Assembly: GCA_025558095.1 (NCBI GenBank)
Contig: JAIVFI010000013.1
Coordinates: 310,001 to 374,000 of the forward strand
Direction: 5' to 3'
DNA from: Hyaloraphidium curvatum SAG 235-1
Taxonomy: Eukaryota > Fungi > Monoblepharomycota
Length of the DNA stretch: 64,000 nucleotides
Made by a program: the position numbers and the translations under genes. Below, in pieces: positions 59,587 to 64,000 of the stretch. Under the pieces are notes generated by a model, which was not told where the DNA came from, ran no database searches, and saw only the letters and a program-made list of their open reading frames with translations. The stretch's first letter is position 1. Each line of letters begins with the position of its first letter.

Positions 59587-60528
59587 CTATTCGTTTTCCT
59601 TCAAGCCGTCCAGCAACGGCGACAGATTGGAGGGCGAAGTGATCGAACGCGCGCAGTCTTCGCACCTCAGGCCCGACCCGCCGAGTACCTCCCAGATCGC
59701 CGCCTCCGGTCGACACCAGCTGCAAAACAGGCGACAAAGGCAAGCAGTGCAGCGCGCCTTGTTCACGTGCTGCAGGCAGAGGTGCTGCGACCGCCCGCAG
59801 TTTCGGCAGCGCGTCTGCTCCGCGCTGAACGTCAAGACCAGCCGCCGATCGACAACACAGCGTTCGCACATGGGAAATCCGAGATACGGGGGCAAGAGAG
59901 AGGTCCGGAAGGGGTTCTGGAAAAAGACCGCCAGCAATAGAACCCTCCCGGAGAGCCGCGAGAGACTGAGGGGGCCCTCAAACTCCTGGGAAGAGATCTT
60001 GATCCCAATCAACCCGATGCTATTGATGCAAGCACGTTCCGGCCCGCTTACAGGCTTCGTAGCGTGAACGGAGCCGGTGTAGTTCGGGTCCTTCCCAAAC
60101 GCTGTTCGACTGGCAAAAAGGTCCCGCAGTTCGTCCTCAGAGTAGGATATCTCCGCACAACCGTGACATGAGAGGACGGAGAGCGATGTCATCGAATCCA
60201 AAATGCGATCGAGAGATTGGCGGGTGATTCCCGAGTAATCGAGCACGAGCCTCTCGCAGGCGGTCCGTGCAACGCGATCGTCGTCAAGCATCCGAAGAAT
60301 GACCGCGTCGTCCACACGATCGATCTTTGTATTGTCGGTCTCCTGGCTCCGATAGAAGTCGATTTCCCGCCAGAGCGAGGGCGTAGTGAGGACCGCAGCC
60401 CTCCATCGCTTGGAAACACGAGACAATTTGTAGAGGGACGGGAGCCCAGGGGCGAGTGCACTCAGGATCTTGGCGAGGAGCTCGAATGGCAAATCTCCGA
60501 TGCCAGTCGGCACGTCAGATTCGGCCAT
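59587..60528 (-). CDS. F-box/LRR-like protein with Cys-rich C-terminus
   Basis: LPFELLAKILSAL..LSRVSKRWR..LWREIDF; several CxxC pairs. Confidence 0.8.
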   Translation of the reverse strand: MAESDVPTGIGDLPFELLAKILSALAPGLPSLYKLSRVSKRWRAAVLTTPSLWREIDFYRSQETDNTKIDRVDDAVILRMLDDDRVARTACERLVLDYSGITRQSLDRILDSMTSLSVLSCHGCAEISYSEDELRDLFASRTAFGKDPNYTGSVHATKPVSGPERACINSIGLIGIKISSQEFEGPLSLSRLSGRVLLLAVFFQNPFRTSLLPPYLGFPMCERCVVDRRLVLTFSAEQTRCRNCGRSQHLCLQHVNKARCTACLCRLFCSWCRPEAAIWEVLGGSGLRCEDCARSITSPSNLSPLLDGLKENE

Positions 60529-60642
60529 TGCAGTGTGTTGCGCGATCTATCGCGACCGTCGTCCGCGCCGCGCGGCCATCGGTCGCGATCGCGCGCGTTC
60601 TGTCGTGCCCGTATCCAGCACTCACACTGCTCGTGCAAAGCG

Positions 60643-61900
60643 ATGGGACGCGTTCAGAACAGTGTCCTGCTCCTTCTGGGGCTCTGTGCTTGCTTTGCGG
60701 GGATTCATGCCGCGGCGGTCGGCCAGTGGAGTTCAGAAAGGCGCCTCATCCAGCTCGCGGAGGACCGGCAGGCCGAATGGATGGCGGAGGAGCAAATCTT
60801 CGCTCTCATTCGCCAGGGAACGCCCTTCATGGACGTCACGGACAGTGCGGCGTTCCGCGGGGAGTCGCTGCCCCCGGCTCCACTTAGCTCGGTCGCGATT
60901 CCCGAGGCCCCGGCGCACCAGGATCTCGTGAAAGGCTTGATCTCAAAGATCTCTACGTCCGGCATGAAAGAGTTCCTGAAAACCTTCACGGCGTTCAACA
61001 CGCGCTTCTACAAGAGTCCCACGGGCGAGCAGAGCGCAAAGTACCTGCTCCAGAACCTGCAGGAGATCGCTGCGGCGCGCACCAAGCCGGACCTCGTCGA
61101 CGTGCAGGTCACGCCCTTCCGCCACGCCGCCTTCAATCAACCCTCGATCATCGTCCGGATCAGCGCCAAGCAGAACGCCACCGCGCTGCGGCGGCGCGCC
61201 CCGCAGGAGCCGATCCAGCCCGACGAGGACGAGGTCGTGATCGTTGGGTGCCACCAGGACTCGGTCAACGGCTGGTTCCCGTGGGGACGCGCGCCCGGCG
61301 CGGACGACAACGGGTCGGGGACGGCGGCCGTCCGCGAAGTCCTGCGCATCCTGATGTCGGAAGGCTTCGTGCCCAAGCACCCGATTGAGCTGCATTTCAA
61401 TGCCGCCGAGGAAGGCGGCTTGCTCGGGTCGCAGGCCATTTCGGAAGCCTATCGCAAGGAGAACCGCCGCGTGATTGGCTATCTGCAGCAGGACATGAAC
61501 GGTTACCTCGGAGCTACCGGAGGCGAGCGTCGCGAGGTCCTGGGGATCGGGACCGATTTTGTCGACCCGGAGCTTTCCGCATTCCTGCGTAAACTGGTCG
61601 AGGAGTACAACCAGATCAAGGCAGTCGATACCAAGTGCGGCTACGGATGCTCCGACCACGCCTCGTGGAATAAGGCTGGGTATCGTGCTGCGTTCCCGTT
61701 CGAGGCGCCGTTTGGTGGGTTCCGATGCCTCACCTTTCAGCAGCCGTTCGACGCTAATCATCGACCGTCCAGAACAACACAACCCTCACATCCACACCGC
61801 GGACGACACCATCGAATACCTGTCCTTCAAGCACATCGCTCAGTTTGTCGAGCTCATCCTTGCCTTTGTCGTGGAACTGTCGTACGCGCCGTCGGCGTGA
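60643..61900 (+). CDS. LAP1: Secreted leucine aminopeptidase (peptidase M28)
   Basis: Signal peptide, GCHQDS, APGADDNGSG, AAEEGGLLGS, QQDM, CGYGCSDHASW, HIHTADD. Confidence 0.93.
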
Positions 61901-61992
61901 ATGTATCGGTAGACGGAATTCGAATAGCCATTAAAATGCATTCTGTACACGATTCTGGGTTTTCATTCGCCGTCCTGCGACCCCTGCGCAGC

Positions 61993-63115
61993 TTAGTTCA
62001 GCGGAGGCTTGGGCAGCACCGGCACGGGCACCCTCGGGTCCGGCTGCAACGGCGGCGGCTGCAAGGGCGGCGGCTGCATGAGCGGCGGGAGCGCAGGCGG
62101 CGGGGCATCGGTGCCGTAGTACGCGTGCTGCCTCGGCTCTCGCGGGTAGGGCGGGTACATGCTCTGGCCCATGTAAGGATCGTACGGGATCCCCATGCCG
62201 TCGTAGGGCCCCGGCGGCATGGGGGAGGGCCCCGGCGGCGGCGGCATGCGCGGGTAGTAGGCCGCGGGGGGCGGGTACACGGGTGGCGCGGGATGCATCC
62301 ACGCGGGGTCCGGGTACCCCGGGGGCTGCGCGTACAGCGGGCCGAGGGCAGGCGGGTAGCCCGAATACGGCGGCATCATCGGCGCGACGGGCGGGGCAAG
62401 GTAGGGCAAGGGGAGCGGGCTTCGTGTGGTCGGTGGGTTGTTGCGCAGGGGGGGCTCTGCGGGGGGCGTCGGGGTCGAGTGGTTGGACGGGGTGGGGCGG
62501 CGATCTGCCAACGACGGCGGGTCAGGACACCAAAGGCTGGGCGGTAACCCGGGCCCTACCAGCTGGAGCAGTGCTGGTGTGCGAGCCGTGGCCGGACGGC
62601 GTGGCCCCGTCGGGCACGAACTCGGGGTACATCTCGTTCGGGATGGCGATGTCGGCAAACAGGGGCAGCGCCGACGGCGCCTTCAGCAACGCCGGCTCGG
62701 TGGTGTCCTCCTTGGTGTAGTACGACACGAGGTGCTGGCGCCGGTTGTCCGCGGTGCAGATGGAGAGCGCCTTCTTGACCAGGCCATTCTCCTTGAGCAC
62801 AAAGTCCTGCTGCGCCTGGTCGGCGCCCGCCTTGGCCGGCTTGGGCGCGCCCCTGCGCTTGGGCTCGATCTCCTTGTACAGCAGGAAGGAGCCGTGGATG
62901 CGCGACGGCGACCAGCTCTTGCCGTCGGTCCAGCGCTTGATGCCCGACTCGTCCTCGTCCCACACGAAAACCGCGCCCGAGCGCACGGCCTCGCTGCGCT
63001 CCGACTCGGACAGCCGCCGCGGGATGCGCCGCAGCTTGCCGAGCCGGCACGCCTCGAAGAGCAGCAGCGCGTCGTTTGTCGACTCGATGCGGCCGAACCA
63101 CGTCTCGGTGACCAT
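61993..63115 (-). CDS. Gti1/Pac2 (WOPR) family transcription factor
   Basis: TWFGRIESTNDALLLFEAC, RSGAVFVWDEDESGIKRWTDGKSWSPSR, GLVKK, HLVSYY; Pro/Tyr-rich tail. Confidence 0.93.
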
Positions 63116-63786
63116 CGCGGCGGCGACGCGGCGCGGACTCGGGGAGGCGGGCCGCGCTCGGTCCGCGTCGGCCGCGGCGCCGGCGTCCGCCGGTCGGGGG
63201 GCTCAGCGATGAATCAGCCGCGAGGATGTGGGGGTGCCCCGCCGCGCTGCTGCCACCGCCGTCCGCTCGCCCGGCCCGGCCCGCGGCAGAAGGCTTCCGG
63301 CGCAACGAACGCCGGGCACGAAGCGGCGCCGCCCGCCGCGGGAGGGAGTGGCCGGGTGACTGGGTAGGGCCGGCAGAACCTTCGCGACTAAAACTCAATT
63401 TTGAACAAGGCTCCGCACTTTCTTGTTCCTTGGCTTCCTTTTCCGACCCCAATGGCCGATCACGATCGCGGCAAGGGGACCGGTCACACAAGCGGACAGC
63501 TCTACTGAACGTCGTTACGGAACGATACCCTGAAAAGCTGGACGGTTGTTCTGTGCTTTCGTTGCACGAGCACCATGACGGGTTGCCCCTTTGGCTGAAG
63601 GGACCCTTTCTGAGGCATCCGAGCTCGCCACGATGCCATACCATCCACGACACCGCGGTGAAAGAGATCGCGGCGGATAGGCTTGGCGCTCGTGGTTGCG
63701 GCCACCAGTTGCAGTCACATGAATGGGTATCGGGTATTGTCTCATTGCCGACACAGAACCAACAGAAGAAAATCAAGCCCGCGGCA

Positions 63787-64000
63787 TTATCGCTCGGGAT
63801 CCACGTTGAACGACGCGAGATCCAGGTCCGTCCACTGGAGAACGGGTTCGGCTCAGCATGGCCACCGATCGGCTGCGACACTGAGGACGCACCTTCTTCT
63901 CGCTCTCGGGGTCGATGTCTGGCCGAAAGAAACGGGAAGAGGCGTTGCGAATCGCAGAAGGGGAGGTTGGAATGAAGCTGGCGCCGAGGCGTGCGGCAAT
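63787..64000 (-). CDS. 3' end of an unidentified spliced gene running off the window
   Basis: ...DIDPESEKK|GTGCGT..CCAG|WTDLDLASFNVDPER*. Confidence 0.4.

Noticed and set aside
63226-63975. 249-aa plus-strand ORF
   Set aside because: No motifs, non-ATG start, and it overlaps the upstream region of the Gti1/Pac2 gene and the 3' end of a minus-strand gene.

Overview
GC-rich, intron-dense eukaryotic DNA with short introns of about 50-80 nt. The gene content (Zn2Cys6 and Gti1/Pac2 transcription factors together with ARL8, GCIP and a TRAF-type RING protein) points to an early-diverging fungus such as a chytrid (inference). A compact run of host genes (GCIP, RPF2, MMS19, CorA, Zn2Cys6 TF, PRP40, RTF1, NUFIP1, ARL8, TRAF-RING, NOG1, tRNA-Leu, CDKN3-like phosphatase, myotubularin, PNO1, USP8/DOA4, F-box, M28 aminopeptidase, Gti1/Pac2) is interrupted by two anomalies. 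(1) A block of about 23 kb (ca. 11361-34318) starts with an intronless IS630/Tc1-like DDE transposase (DD57E). It ends with a giant Fanzor1 (eukaryotic TnpB-like RNA-guided nuclease) gene of about 24 introns and about 2,800 aa, which the ORF track splits into fragments. All three RuvC catalytic motifs and the zinc finger are intact, and a hairpin resembling an omegaRNA scaffold follows the stop codon. The cargo between them includes a zinc-finger gene, a large gene ending in an aG/PT-PPlase-like (DNA base-hypermodification) motif set, and a 20-bp-periodic repeat array. (2) A recent inverted duplication of about 1.18 kb (NOG1 3' end plus tRNA-Leu) encloses an intronless, bacterial-type DUF1643 gene and an array of 11-bp palindromes. 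All gene models and family calls come from reading the sequence and recalling motifs; no searches were run.
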